From contig JBLDXI010000020.1 in NCBI GenBank assembly GCA_047495785.1, positions 2,790,001 to 2,854,000 of the forward strand: 64,000 nucleotides of DNA. Reading direction: 5' to 3'. Positions 20,827 to 32,514 of this stretch are shown piece after piece. The stretch comes from Lepidodermella squamata. Taxonomy: Eukaryota; Animalia; Gastrotricha. Numbering within the stretch: the stretch's first letter is position 1; each line of letters begins with the position of its first letter. Under the pieces are notes generated by a model. It had not been told where the DNA came from and ran no database searches. It saw only the letters and a program-made list of their open reading frames with translations. The translations under genes and the position numbers were made by a program.

Positions 20827-23800
20827 CTACAAATTGGCTGTAGCAGCCGCTGCAGAATGGTCCGTATTGAGAAAATCCGCCAGTTGCCTAGCGGCCGGGG
20901 CGCCAATCGCCTTCGCAACAGCCCCAGCCGGGTCAGCCAATTGCCCAGATTTGCATTTCATCGCTAAATCCCGCAAATTCGAAATATTATTCGACAAACA
21001 CCGCGCCTGCCGCGACGACAGCGCCGGTAAATGCTCCAAACTTCGCAGCAGCGACCCAGCGTCTTCCTCATCCTCATTCAGGGTAGACACATTCGACGAA
21101 TCGATGGGCGGATCCGGTTGAGATCGCTTCAGTTGCGTGAATAACAGAGCCGAGGCGTCTGGGCTGGGCGACCAGACGATGCGCAGTTTAGGGAATCGTA
21201 GAATTAACAGCACTAAGGAGGCTCGAATCTCAGCCAGTGCGGTGTGGCGGGGTAAAACGACGTTCCAAGATGAAGAAGATGATGAAAATGACGAAACAGC
21301 GTTTGATGGTAGTTCGATGAGCAGGACAGGCTTCGAGAAGGCTGCTGTTAGCGCTGTACATTGCGTGTAAAGTCGGCCGGAAAATATCGACGAAACCAGA
21401 TCAGGAAGCGCTAAAAAGATGATAACATAACATAACATTATCTTTATTTCATATTTTCCTTCTTTATAAAATTTCAATTTACTGGGTGCATTTTTTTCCG
21501 TAAAATTTTTTAATAATTTTTATTATCCACGCGGCTTCATTCGCAGTGGAAAATTTGGAAGATTTATTAATGCTTCCAGTTGTATTAATTCGACAAATAA
21601 ATGTTGTCCAGTGCTATTCCTTTCGATTGAGTCTACACATTTTTTCGAACATTACCGTCAATATTTTGCTATTTAATTCTCTTTCGATGTTGATTCAACC
21701 GAATTCATGAGCTTTTGTATTTCAGCTAACTGATACCCCCTTTGTATGCTTCCCAACTCTTCCCTAATGGAAAAAAATTAGTTACTTTGACTTTGAAGCT
21801 AAATTTTCAACTTATCGCGTTGAAAACAACAAGGTTTCTTTAGGACAGGTCTCTTTATCGACGTGTACTCGATAATTTTGCCGATAACTTTCGTGGTAAA
21901 CATAAAACCAAGGAATATCAAGAGTGGTGTGATCTCGATATAACCGATCTGTCTACGACAGCAATTTTGAGGCATTTCGAGGGGTGTTCTGCAGTTTGGC
22001 ACGATATGCAACATTTTCGACGACAGCATGCGCTGAATTGGATAAACATGGGGTCAGGGCTCCAACCGGTGGTTCGTTGGCTGGCGTTTTCAAGGAACTG
22101 GGGTGACTTTGCAGTGGGGTCACTTCGACGCACCAAAATGGAGTGACTTTGGCGTACCAAAAATCAAAGATTGTAAGGTAAATACCCCGCGAGTGGGGTA
22201 CCGTTGGATAGCCCAAGGAAAGGCGAGCATGAATGTGTACAATTCTCATCAATGCAACCCATCTGAGAACATATAATAGCAGTTGAAGTTTTGGGGAAAA
22301 TTCGAAAAATATATTTTTTTATTAAACTTTTGGTGACTGCCCAACTAAAGCCGTCTGATCAAAATTGAAATCGTATGCCATTTCCAGACTGCATTTCCTC
22401 CAGGCTATCCAACGGTACCCCACTCGCGGGGTATTTACCTTACCATCTTTGATTTTTGGTACGCCTAAGTGACCCCACTGGGTAAAGTCACCCCAATTGA
22501 CGGTATCTAGCAAAATACATGAAGCATTGTTGATGTTTACCGAAAAAGGACACATTGTTATTCTTGTTGTACTCAGCCGAGAAAAGGCAACGATGTTATA
22601 ATGTTAACCTCAAATGGGTTGCGCAGTATGGAACGATTTCAAAGAAATTGTTATGGCCCTTTCGGAAATTTCGGAATCAGCAACTACCGAGGCGAAGAAA
22701 AAAGGAATGGCTTTGTGCAATGAAGTTACAACCTGCTCCAAGTCCAATTCAGAGGAAGGAAGAGTGGAGCTTTTGCTTGGTTCTTGTCGTCGGGGTTCAG
22801 AGATGTGCAGCACTCTGCAGAATCTACTTGCTGAACCATTTCCAGAGCTAAAATGATTGGAAAACGTCTGGATAGCTCGGTTCGTCCAGTTGGCCGAGTC
22901 GTGCTGCGGTAGCTCCGTGGATTTAGTTTGGATACCGGACGAACTTCGATCAACAGCAAATGATATTTTGCACGAGCTTCTGTCAGCATCGAGATCAAAA
23001 GTGATCCCACCTTCATGTACCAATTCCGAAATTGATGTGGTTAAATTGATTTTCATCAATCATTATGAATCCGCCTCACCATAGACGGCTCCACAATCCC
23101 TAAAGCAAACACACTGCGCGTACTCGGCGTCCACTTCGACCGACGTCTTAACTGGTCTACGCATATCGACAAGGCGATCCAGCGATGCTCCGCCAAAACC
23201 TGTCCTTCTTCCACCGCCTTGTCTGGACACCAGGGCTCTCAATCCGATGGCGGAGAACAGCGTACTGATCCGCTCAGCGTTCGCATACAGCAACGTTGCA
23301 TTCAAACTCATGGATCCGGTTACATCGAAATGCGTGTTCCGATATGACGTGGTGTTCGACGAATCGAGCGTGCACAGATTCACGGTTACAAATCAATGTG
23401 AAATTGGACAGGAAACGTCTCGAAATGATGTCGATTTTTCGGTCGATTCTGTCAAACAATCAGAGTAAGTACCCGAATCCACTGGTCCGGTCGTTAACGA
23501 GAGTGGTCGAGTCCAGAGAGCTCGAAAACTGCCGGCCTACTTGGTTGATTACGAAGTGAATTACCGAACCTTTATTATCAAACCCGACTTCCTGAATCTT
23601 GCACCTCTCGGAGACTGAAAATAGAACAAGAATCATCCGGCTTGAGGCTTGGGGGCCCAAGTGGCGGGAAGCCGAAGCCAAAATGGACACGGAGGAAACA
23701 GAGACCATCTACCCCAGTGCAGGAAGACTCCGTAAGGGAGACCGGAATGACCTTTCTGTCTTCGATTTCTACTTCAACTCAAAGTAAGTCGCTGAGATCC

Positions 23801-26800
23801 ATCACCTCTCGGTTGTCAGAACTTCAATTACGGTTGTTTTTCGAATAACACTTTCGGACACTAGCTTATTTCCCGCAAAAAAGTGGACCCACAAAGGAAA
23901 AATAAGGTTTTCTTCCAAGTCTTTTAATCCTTATTCCTTAATTTTCAGATATGGATAATGATTAAAAATTAAGAATTATTCCTACATGAAAACGAATTTG
24001 GCCGACAATGGCCCTGAAATTTACGGCAATGTAAGCGATTATCTATCACATAATTCGACAAATAATTCCCTTTTTTTAGGCTTCATACAACCACGATTGG
24101 ATTTTTCCTCTTAAAATGGAAAAGTTTGAAGGGGTCACAGTTCCCATTCCAAACAAGCCGTTCGAAGTGCTGACTCGACAATACAAGAATATTAAGCGAT
24201 GCAAAGGTATGAATCCTCAACGAAAAAGCCATGAAGATTCACCATTTTATGTTTATCACGCCGGACAAAGGACCATAAAATTGAAGGCAAAATCAACAAG
24301 TCAGCGCTGCGAGCCGAAATAGACTGCTAAGAGCTTTCATCCGTGTACAATTTTACTAATATGAACGCTGACAGCTGAAATAAAAAAGTGTGTTATGGAA
24401 AAAAACGCGTTTGCAGCGGGGTTTTCTCCGATATTACGATCAATACAATATAGCAGCGTGTTTTTAATCCTCTCTAAATAATACGTTTTTATCACGCATT
24501 ACATAAAAACACATCCCAGTTTGCTTAATACTGTATACGTACTAATTTTCGCGGCAATCTTGAATTCGTGAATCGGCCGAAAATGACCATTTTTTATTTT
24601 CGCGAAATTTTAAATTCGCGAGGGCGATCCTTGGATAATTGCGTAATAAAACAGTAATTTTCGCGAAAATCTTGAATTCGCGATGATACCGCGATCTCTG
24701 CGTAAGTGATGTGCCTTTCGCGTAACAAGTGCAGTCCGCGCGAGGCGATTACGTTGCGCGTGTGCGCTCAATTCCCGCCCGCTGATTGGTTAACAATCAG
24801 GTTTTGGCTCGCCTGCGTCAGTTCACTTTTCTTCGTCCTGATTTTTAACAAATTAAAGACCGTGCGCGCAGATTTCAAAGAATTACTTTCATACATAGCG
24901 TCGGTTTTCATACAAAAATATAATTCCGAGAATTCTCTATCGAATGGATATAGGTTTCTCGCGTGAAAAAATTAATGGAAATAAGTTTTACGCGCACCTC
25001 AAAATTTGCGCACAGGATGAGAGCGCGCGCTCTCGCCTAACGAAATTGAAGTCGCGCGTAAGATTTTCCCATTATTCTTTTCGCGCGAGAAACCTATATC
25101 TATTCGATAGAGAATTTTTTCGAATTTTACCAGAGTATAAAAACCGCCTAACTAATCAAAAGTAACTGTCTTGCCATTAGCGCGCGCGGTCCTGAAATGT
25201 TAATTTTGACTTAATGTTTTCGCAAAAATCCACATTTACCCTCTGATTGCGCAATGTAAGGAGAGGCTGGAACTCACTGCGTGCGCATGTCTTTTCGCAT
25301 GCGATAGCGGCTGGTTGCGAAATTAATAGCTGTGCAGAGAAGCGGAAGTGCGCGCTTTATCGACTACTCGATCTATAATGGCGCACTAATTACGCGCGGC
25401 TCGATTGATGACCACTTGATGGACAATCGATCACCAGTTAAACTGCAGTGATTTGATTGGCTTGGTTGTCTCAGCCAATCAGCGGCGCTCGCAGCCGCGT
25501 CCACTATTAGCTCAATTAGTTTGTCGTACTGCTAGGAAATGGGCGTGAAATGATCAGCCCTTACTTCTCACTGGTGCCTGGTGCACAAGGCCGCTTTCCA
25601 AATAACATAAAGGTTTACAATTACGTAATCTTTGCGAGCGATTTTTTTTCACGAGCGATTTTTTTTCGCGTGCAATCAATTTTCACGAGGGATAAATTTT
25701 CGCGAATCTTGAATTCGCGAGGCAAGGTCGTCGCGAAATTTCGCGAAAATAAAATTACAGCGAAAATTTGTACGTATACAGTATTACGGCCATTGAAGCA
25801 GTCTACAAACAAGGCCTTTTCGACATAGCTATTAAACTGTTATGCCATCAGTGGTTTCATACTACGTCAGAGCATGTGGTCTACTGGTTTTCTTCACCAC
25901 CTTATCTGTGACTATCAGCTTGTTCAAAATTAGTCTAAATCAAGTCGACCCAGATTCGGGTGTGATCTGGCGAGGTAAAGATTCAATGGATAGGATGGAC
26001 CTTCACGAATTTGAATTGGAAATGCGCAGCCCGAAAACAATATTCCGAGACGGAGAGACCTACCGAAGCGATCTATCGCCCGACGAGCTCAAAGACCATT
26101 ATGCAACGTTTATGAATGAAACCCAGCATAAAGCTATGATTTTCACCCTCGAGGCTTGTTTGGAAATGGTGAGAAATGCCAATTTGACATACGCTTTATT
26201 TTACGGATCCCTCATTGGCTGGTACCGCCATGGTGGGAAATTCATACCCTGGGACGACGATGTCGACATCGCCGTATTTCCTTCATCCGGAATCGACATT
26301 GACTCGAACTACCTCATCAGCAAACTGACAAGAGCAGCAAGGCGGAATAAAACCTTCGAAGCGAAATTTGGTTCGTTTCGTGTGATAGAAATACCTGACT
26401 TTCCCGGCGTTTTCAAATGCTACTCCAGCTCGAGTAAAATATCGGAAAAAGTCTCGAAATGCGGTTGGCGCTGGCCTCTAGTCGACATCTTCTTCCTACA
26501 TGCCTATTCGAAGAAAACTGGCCAGCCGATCTTCGACGTGGTTAACAATTCAAGTCTTTCAAATTCAAGCGAAGCTCAACAAGATATTGTCATCAAACAA
26601 CCTCCTGAGTATGAGGAAGTAAGAATCGCTTGATCATTTCTTGTAAAATTTTTCTCTCCATTTTTCTAGGTCGTCGATTTTTCCTATAATTGGATCTTCC
26701 CATTGCAACAATCAAAGTTTGAGGGCATCGGCGTAATGGTGCCACGGCAGCCGAAAAAGGTGCTAGAACAAAATTACGATATCAACAGCTGTCAGTGTAA

Positions 26801-29800
26801 GCCTCGTGATTAGCTCTCGTTATGTTTACTCCACTCATGTCCCTTCATCATAGCCCGCGGCTACAACCACGCGAGTGAAACGTATGTCGATGGATCTATG
26901 CTAAGCATTGTCAGGTGTCAACAACTGACGCATCTGTATAACTTTACAAACCTCGACTACTAATCTTATATATGTACACACGGGGATAACTATAATTGTG
27001 CACTAGTTCGGCTGTTAGACTTTCAACTTAATGACCAGTTCTCGGCTTTGCGCAGGGTTTCCACCATAATATCTTCCTCAGATCAGTCTAAAAAAACCAC
27101 CAATATTGCATCTGTTATCCGGCCTATTCTCGATGATAAATTTGTCTGCTCAATTTTAAACAGTTATACTTTTCTGAACTACAACACCTAAGAGTACCAA
27201 TTGAAATATACAGCGAACAACTTTCCACTTATCTTCAAATATTTTGACGGCGAGGACTGGCTTGCAGCTTCAAAAGATTCGGCCGTCGCGAGAGCATTTC
27301 AGCTCAGAACAGGAAAAGCGACACGCTGCTGGCGCAGGCGTGTCTGCGCCTCGCTGAGGACATCGACGGCGAGGCAATGAAAAAGCTAAAACTACTTTTG
27401 AAAAGCTTGCCAATATTCTCACATCTGTTGACCTTGAGATCGCAAAACCAACAACCCAAATGTCGCCGTGATTGAAATACCGTATTTTATTGAATAGTAT
27501 CCAACCTCAAATAATAGCCCCCTCGAATAATAGCCACATTCCATATAGTAATAACAATAGATCTAGTATGATCAGCTCATATAGAAAGAATAGGGGAGGT
27601 GGCCAACGTTCCAGGAGAAAATTGAGACGTAGAGAAGAGAAGTGCGACAACGAGGAAGATAACTACAGTGCATTTAAGCTTAATTACAGCGACAAAGAGG
27701 AATATATTCAAGAGAAAAATGACTAAAAATGTCTGTTGAAGTGATGATTTGACGTTTTAGCATAAATAATAGCCTGCCTTGAATAAAAGCCCCCTCGAAT
27801 AATAGCCCGATTTTTTCACTACTTTTCGAGTTCAGAAAAAAATAATATCCCAGGATACTATTCGATAAAATACGGTAAGTTATCTTTCAATAGAAGAATT
27901 TTACATTTTTAGAATAACCTCATCAGTGAGGCACCAGCTCTAAGCTCAAGTACCTGTTTTTGCATTTTTGTGCCAAATTAACATATCATTTTGCTATAAT
28001 CGCCTCGGCGGTGTTAGCATGTCAAATTAAAATGTAAATTAAATAATTGAAATGAAATCAACCCGACTTTCTGAATCGTGCACCTCTATGAGGCTGAAAA
28101 TACAACAAGAATCATTCGGCTTGAGGCCCAAGTGGCGGGAAGCCGAAGCCAGAATGGACACGGAGGAAACAGAGACCATCAAAGCTCCAAAATGACCTTC
28201 ACGGCAGACTCTGTAAGGGAGACCGGAATGACCTTTCTGTCTTCGATTTCTACTTCAACTCAAAGAAGTCGCTGAGATCCATCACCTCTCGGTTGTCAGA
28301 ACTTCAATTACGGTTGTTTTTCGAATAACACTTTCGGACACTAGCTTATTTCCCGCAAAAAAGTGGACCCACAAAGGAAAAATAAGGTTTTCTTCCAAGT
28401 CTTTTAATCCTTATTCCTTAATTTTCAGATATGGATAATGATTAAAAATCAAGAATTATTCCTACATGAAAACGAATTTGGCCGAAAATGGCGCCCCGGC
28501 ATGAAGGCGGTTCAACATAAAATAAGAAAACTTGCTCACCTTTCCGCTCGATTGCACAATCTGGAGTCAGGACGTAATCGGCGATGATCAGCGTTTTCGG
28601 AACAATACACAATCCCCGCATATGCAGCGCACCGGGCAGTTGAGACCGAAGCTCTCTCACATCAACCAGCACCTTGTTACCCCCTTCCGCCTCCTCCCGC
28701 TCCTCCCGAACCGTCCTCGCATTCGATAGGAGTAGATCCCTCGAAACAGCCAACGAAGCTCGATCACTCGCCAGCCGACCAAAAGCCGTCGCTTCAGCGG
28801 CTAGACCCGCCAAATAATCCCGCTCCTCCAGCGTACCACGATGAGACAGCCAATAGATGTAAAAACTATAGTAATCATCAGCCTGCGTACACATTTTCTC
28901 AATCTGCCGCATTAGAGTCACCGAATTCGCGCACAAAATGATAACGCGAGTTCGCCTGTTCCCGAACGGGCCATTCGACGAGAAAAACGCATCGAGCTCT
29001 TCGAGCCGCGTCAGATTCGCATCTTTCATACGAACCCAACAAATTTCACGATCGACATTCACGTCATTCGCCAGTAGATCCGCAGCGTTTTGCCTCTTCC
29101 CGCTGCGTTTCATGAATTTATTTCTCTGAAATTTCGCCTTATTCGCGCCGGCTTCTTTCATTTCTTTCAACTCTTTTTGCTTGTCGAGAAAACGCTGCTT
29201 TTCAGACTCGAGGTACTGCTTAGCGCCCTGTCTTAGGACGGAATTAAGCTGGACAATGTGGCTTTCGTCGTAGCCAACAATTGCGTATAAAGTCTCGGAA
29301 TCTTCACTGAAAGATCGGACCTCTTCGAAAACTTCGCCCAGCGAGTCCCAAACTGGTAGAGGCTCGAGGGCTTCGTCCGAAATTCGCTCTTTCGCCGCTT
29401 TTTCCAGTAGAACCGTCTCGGCATGAGCTATCCAGCCGCTGCTACCCGCCGAAACGCGTCGATTCGGGTCGTTAGTGATCGCCATGACTTTGTTGTAGAA
29501 AATGAAGGGGTTATCGCGGAGGAGGCTAGCGACTAGAGATCGAAGGACAGTCACGTCTTCGGCTAGATTTCGAGCTTTTTGAGGTAGCAACGACCACGCC
29601 CCGCCTTTACCAACATCCTTCGCCAGCCGAATTGCCTCCATTTCCGCTTCTAATGTCGCCTGCCTCGGCGCGCGATTCGTTATCGGAATTTGCGAATTTG
29701 CTAATTGAGCGTTCGAAACCGGGTCAGATCGTTGCAGGCAGGAGACTGAACCCAAGGCTGAGCGTAGTTCCCTCGAGCAGAGAGCGCACAGTTGGAGTAG

Positions 29801-32465
29801 GGCCGAGTGGCAGTTTGACATGTTCGGCGTGAGATTTACGTCGATTTGCGTTATTCTGAAGTTCGGGTTCTCCGTTGAATCGTTGAGATCGGTTTCTGAT
29901 GATGATGAATCAATGGCTTTGAAGCTGCGTTTCACGCTGGCTTCGTACCTAGGTCGTAGCAGGACTCGGTCGATTAGGAGACTAGCGGCGAGGCGGGATA
30001 GACCTGAGCCGAAATCTGAGGTTATAGCACTTGGGCGATCGGTTAAGGCGGTAACAAATACGCCAGGATTTCGCTCCACCAACAGTTTAATCTATGAAAA
30101 ATTGAAATTTTTTCATTTTACATGACTGAGCTAATAAGTCTAAAAATTTATTTTTTATTGAGTGATCCTAAATCCCTCGAATAAGGCCAAATTGAAGGTA
30201 ATTTTATTAATTTCGTGCGAAAATTTCCTATCAAATGTTTTGCCGGAGAAAGGTCAGAAAGAAGAGCAACTGGTCGTGCCAGCCGAACTCGGCGCCAACG
30301 TCACTGTAATCGCGGCCGGTGTTTTCATGCCGCCTGAAGTAATTTTCAAGGGCAAGCGGTTCGTTCGTATCGATCCGAGTGAATATCCAGCGGGTACTCA
30401 GGCGCACGTGACCGAATCAGGCTACACCAACAAGTTCATTTTCGTTGACTATCTCCGGAGATTTCAAGCTGTGCGATCTCAGCCACAAAAGCCGTGCGTT
30501 TTGGTTGTCGATGGCCACTCGTCCCATTTCTCCCTCGCCGCGTTGGACTACTGTCGCGACAATCAAATTCACATGCTGGTGCTGCCTCCTCATTGTACGC
30601 ACAAATTGCAGCCTCTCGGTTAATTTATTTATCTCGATTTTCTATTAAATTCCGAAAATTCAAAAAAATTCCACGAAATTCTAATGTAAATTTGCGATTT
30701 GTTTTCAAATTTGTCGGTTTTTTTCAGATCGCGTAGTATTTGGACCGTTCGAAACAGCCTGGCAGAAGAGGGCCGGGCTTTGGCAATCGAAGAACCCGGG
30801 AAAGCCGATCAATCGCGAGACGTTCGCGTTCACGCCGGCTAGGGCTGATATCACCACCTTGAGCACTGACAATCTGGCTGAAATCGGCTTTGAAGCCTGC
30901 GGCATTTTGCCTCACAACCCGGTTCGGCTTTTCCAAAATGCCAAGGAGGATCAGTTCGCAATCTCAGATGCGATAATCGCGGCCAGGAATCGACGGACCG
31001 CTCTCCCGATACCAGAAATCACGATTCAGATCACGACTGCACCTGCGACTCTTCGACCAATTGTTCCTTGTAGCAACACCTGTGGCGCTCTCAATTTAAC
31101 AGCCAAGCCTCAACCCAGCCTCGCAGAAGCTGCTGAAAGTATCATGACTAATCCGTTTCAGCGACTTAGCGTGGAAGTGCGCGCAAAGGGTCAAATTATA
31201 GTTGAGTCATCCATCTAGCACTCATGCAAAAATTGTGAGCGAATTAAAGGAATTATAATAACTTTAATCAAAAGTGGTCAGATTCTGTCCCAAATTGTAC
31301 GACTTTACCCTAATTATTCGAAAATGGCAACTTTCATAAGTTTGCCATTTGGTTCTGCCTCAGTCAATTTTTGTTCCGCAACAAGCAAATTCGGTTTCCC
31401 TAAAAGATATTCCGTTTCTTATTGTTTTGACATTTCAAACCGTCTACTTAGATCCGCGTTTAATCGGCAATTTATAAGAAACGTGTTCATCAAACTTACT
31501 GCCAAAGCGATCGGGGCTGAATCGTTCGAGTCTTGAGAACTGACTAGTTGATGCGCTGAGGGTACCAAAACGCCCGAAACCAAATTAGCCGGCAGCACAT
31601 CGTTCAATAGGTCCAAAATTACAAGTGGCGCCGTCGACATGAAAAACACGCCTCCAATCGCATACACCTGCCTGGTGACAAAATCGAATCAAACCTTATT
31701 CTACTGGTTCATCTCAGCTTTTTGTGAACAAATATTCTTGGGATTTGGCGAATTTTTCCGATTTTCAAGCAAAGCGTGTCAACTTTGAAAAAGACGATTA
31801 TTAGCTTTCAAGAAGCTCCGAGCTAGTTTTTCTATTTATTTTAAATTTTCACGTTTTAGAAATACAAAAATATGCTTTTCTTACGTCCGCCAGAATTTTA
31901 TCAAGTCTATACCAAGCCTCGATTGAACCAGCCATTTTTCGTGGTTCAAATCATCTTTTTATTCTTGATACTTTTTATTACAGCGGAAATCGTGAGAAAA
32001 TTGTGAAAATTAAGTATTAATCTCATAATTTCAAAAATTTCCCCCATCTCACTTTTTTAACGATCATGCTATTTCTGAATTCGCCTGATTTTTCGGAATT
32101 TTACAAATTATGAAAAGCGAAAATGACCTTCGATCAGCAGCTGTGCCGAACTGCGAGCTGATATATCGAATTCTTGAATTTATCAGCGCTTCATTTCCGG
32201 ATGTTTTCGCCTTCTTAGGCCCACTAGGGCCTGAATCATCACCAGAACTGGATGCGGCGGAACCACCTCGCAATTTCAGCTTATCAAAGCAGTAACGCTG
32301 TTCTTCGGGCAATGTATTCAGCACAATAACGAACATATTAGCCTCGGCATACAGCTTGCACAGCTCGATCAGCACATCATGAGCACCGAGGCCATTCGCC
32401 AATACCGTCAACGAGCTCTGATGAGCTATCTCTCGAATTAAATCTTTCTCATAGGTTAACAACAT
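20827..32465 (-). CDS. ERCC4: DNA repair endonuclease XPF, 4 exons, about 881 aa
   Basis: Exons 32465-32128, 31671-31500, 30091-28540, 21410-20827 total 2646 nt in frame. N-terminal LLTYEKDL..LANGLGA, VYAIGGVFF, and nuclease VLVDVRELRSQLP..ADYVLTPDCAIERK|ALPDLVSSIFSGRLYTQ. Confidence 0.93.
22099..22505. mobile_element. Non-autonomous inverted-repeat element (MITE-like)
   Basis: 22151-22213 matches the reverse complement of 22403-22465 at 62/63. GGGGTGACTTT subrepeats occur in both arms, and the right end reads TACCGTCAATTGGGGTGACTTT on the minus strand. Confidence 0.75.
22600..23060 (+). pseudogene. Possible decayed hAT-type transposase fragment
   Basis: KWVAQY / AVWNDFKEIVMALSEISES..EAKKKGMAL resembles the hAT TRW..IVEALEEIS region; it is interrupted by a frameshift and a stop. 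Weak resemblance from memory only. Confidence 0.35.
23270..23560 (+). mobile_element. Ty1/copia pol relic (region C-terminal to integrase)
   Basis: AYSNVAFKLMDPVTSKCVFRYDVVFDES matches the copia GY..YKLWDP..K...SRDVVFDE motif. A downstream RARKLPAYLVDYEV motif is in another frame. Confidence 0.65.
23580..24012 (+). repeat. Direct repeat copy 1 (~430 bp)
   Basis: Homologous to 28060-28492. The 3' ~225 bp are near-identical at offset 4480; the 5' half has substitutions and indels. Confidence 0.95.
24013..24378 (+). pseudogene. 5'-truncated LicD-family pseudogene
   Basis: Exon-1 tail PEIYGN|GTAAGC. The 127-nt exon 24080-24206 (ASYNHDWIFPLKMEKFEGVTVPIPNKP) has the same size and phase as exon 2 of the intact paralog. 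The last exon has a premature TAA at 24328-24330 and no correctly phased AG. Confidence 0.8.
24531..25781. mobile_element. Non-autonomous TA-targeting DNA transposon (Tc1/mariner-type), 1251 bp
   Basis: TIR CTGTATACGTAC(T/A)AATTTTCGC at both ends, TA on both flanks (24529-30, 25782-83), and TTTTCGCG subrepeats. Confidence 0.88.
25842..26963 (+). CDS. LicD/fukutin-related nucleotidyltransferase, type II membrane protein, about 337 aa; nested antisense in XPF intron 3
   Basis: Exons 25842-26618, 26670-26796, 26854-26963 join in frame. N-terminal TM; motifs YGSLIGWYRHGGKFIPWDDDVDI, WPLVDIFF and WIFPL..FEG...VP. Confidence 0.9.
27480..27875. mobile_element. Pogo/Tigger-type MITE, 396 bp
   Basis: TIR CCGTATTTTAT(T/C)GAATAGTATCC, TA flanks (27478-79, 27876-77), and AATAATAGCCCC subterminal repeats. 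Confidence 0.88.
28060..28492 (+). repeat. Direct repeat copy 2 (~430 bp)
   Basis: Homologous to 23580-24012; ends about 47 bp from the XPF exon 3 donor. Confidence 0.95.
30162..31218 (+). mobile_element. Truncated pogo/Fot-type (DD35D) transposase with an intron, inside XPF intron 2
   Basis: Motifs PPEVIFKGKR, TESGYTN and VVDGHSSH..LPPHCTHKLQPL. Removing intron 30619-30727 restores QPLD|RVVFGPF and continues to GFEACGILPHNP. No HTH and no first catalytic Asp were seen. Confidence 0.85.
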
Positions 32466-32514
32466 TTCTAATTTCACAAATTCAAAACCAAATATTTTTA
32501 TTTCGGAAAAAACT

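Noticed and set aside
21411-21477. Start of the 216-aa ORF 20827..21477 as a separate gene
   Set aside because: The first 22 codons are intronic; the rest is XPF exon 4.
27472-27726. 84-aa ORF
   Set aside because: Lies within a MITE, is low complexity and has no recognisable motif.
23580-28492. Direct repeats as the LTRs of an intact retrotransposon
   Set aside because: No TG..CA ends, PBS or PPT were seen, there is no gag/pol between them, and the copia relic lies outside the pair.
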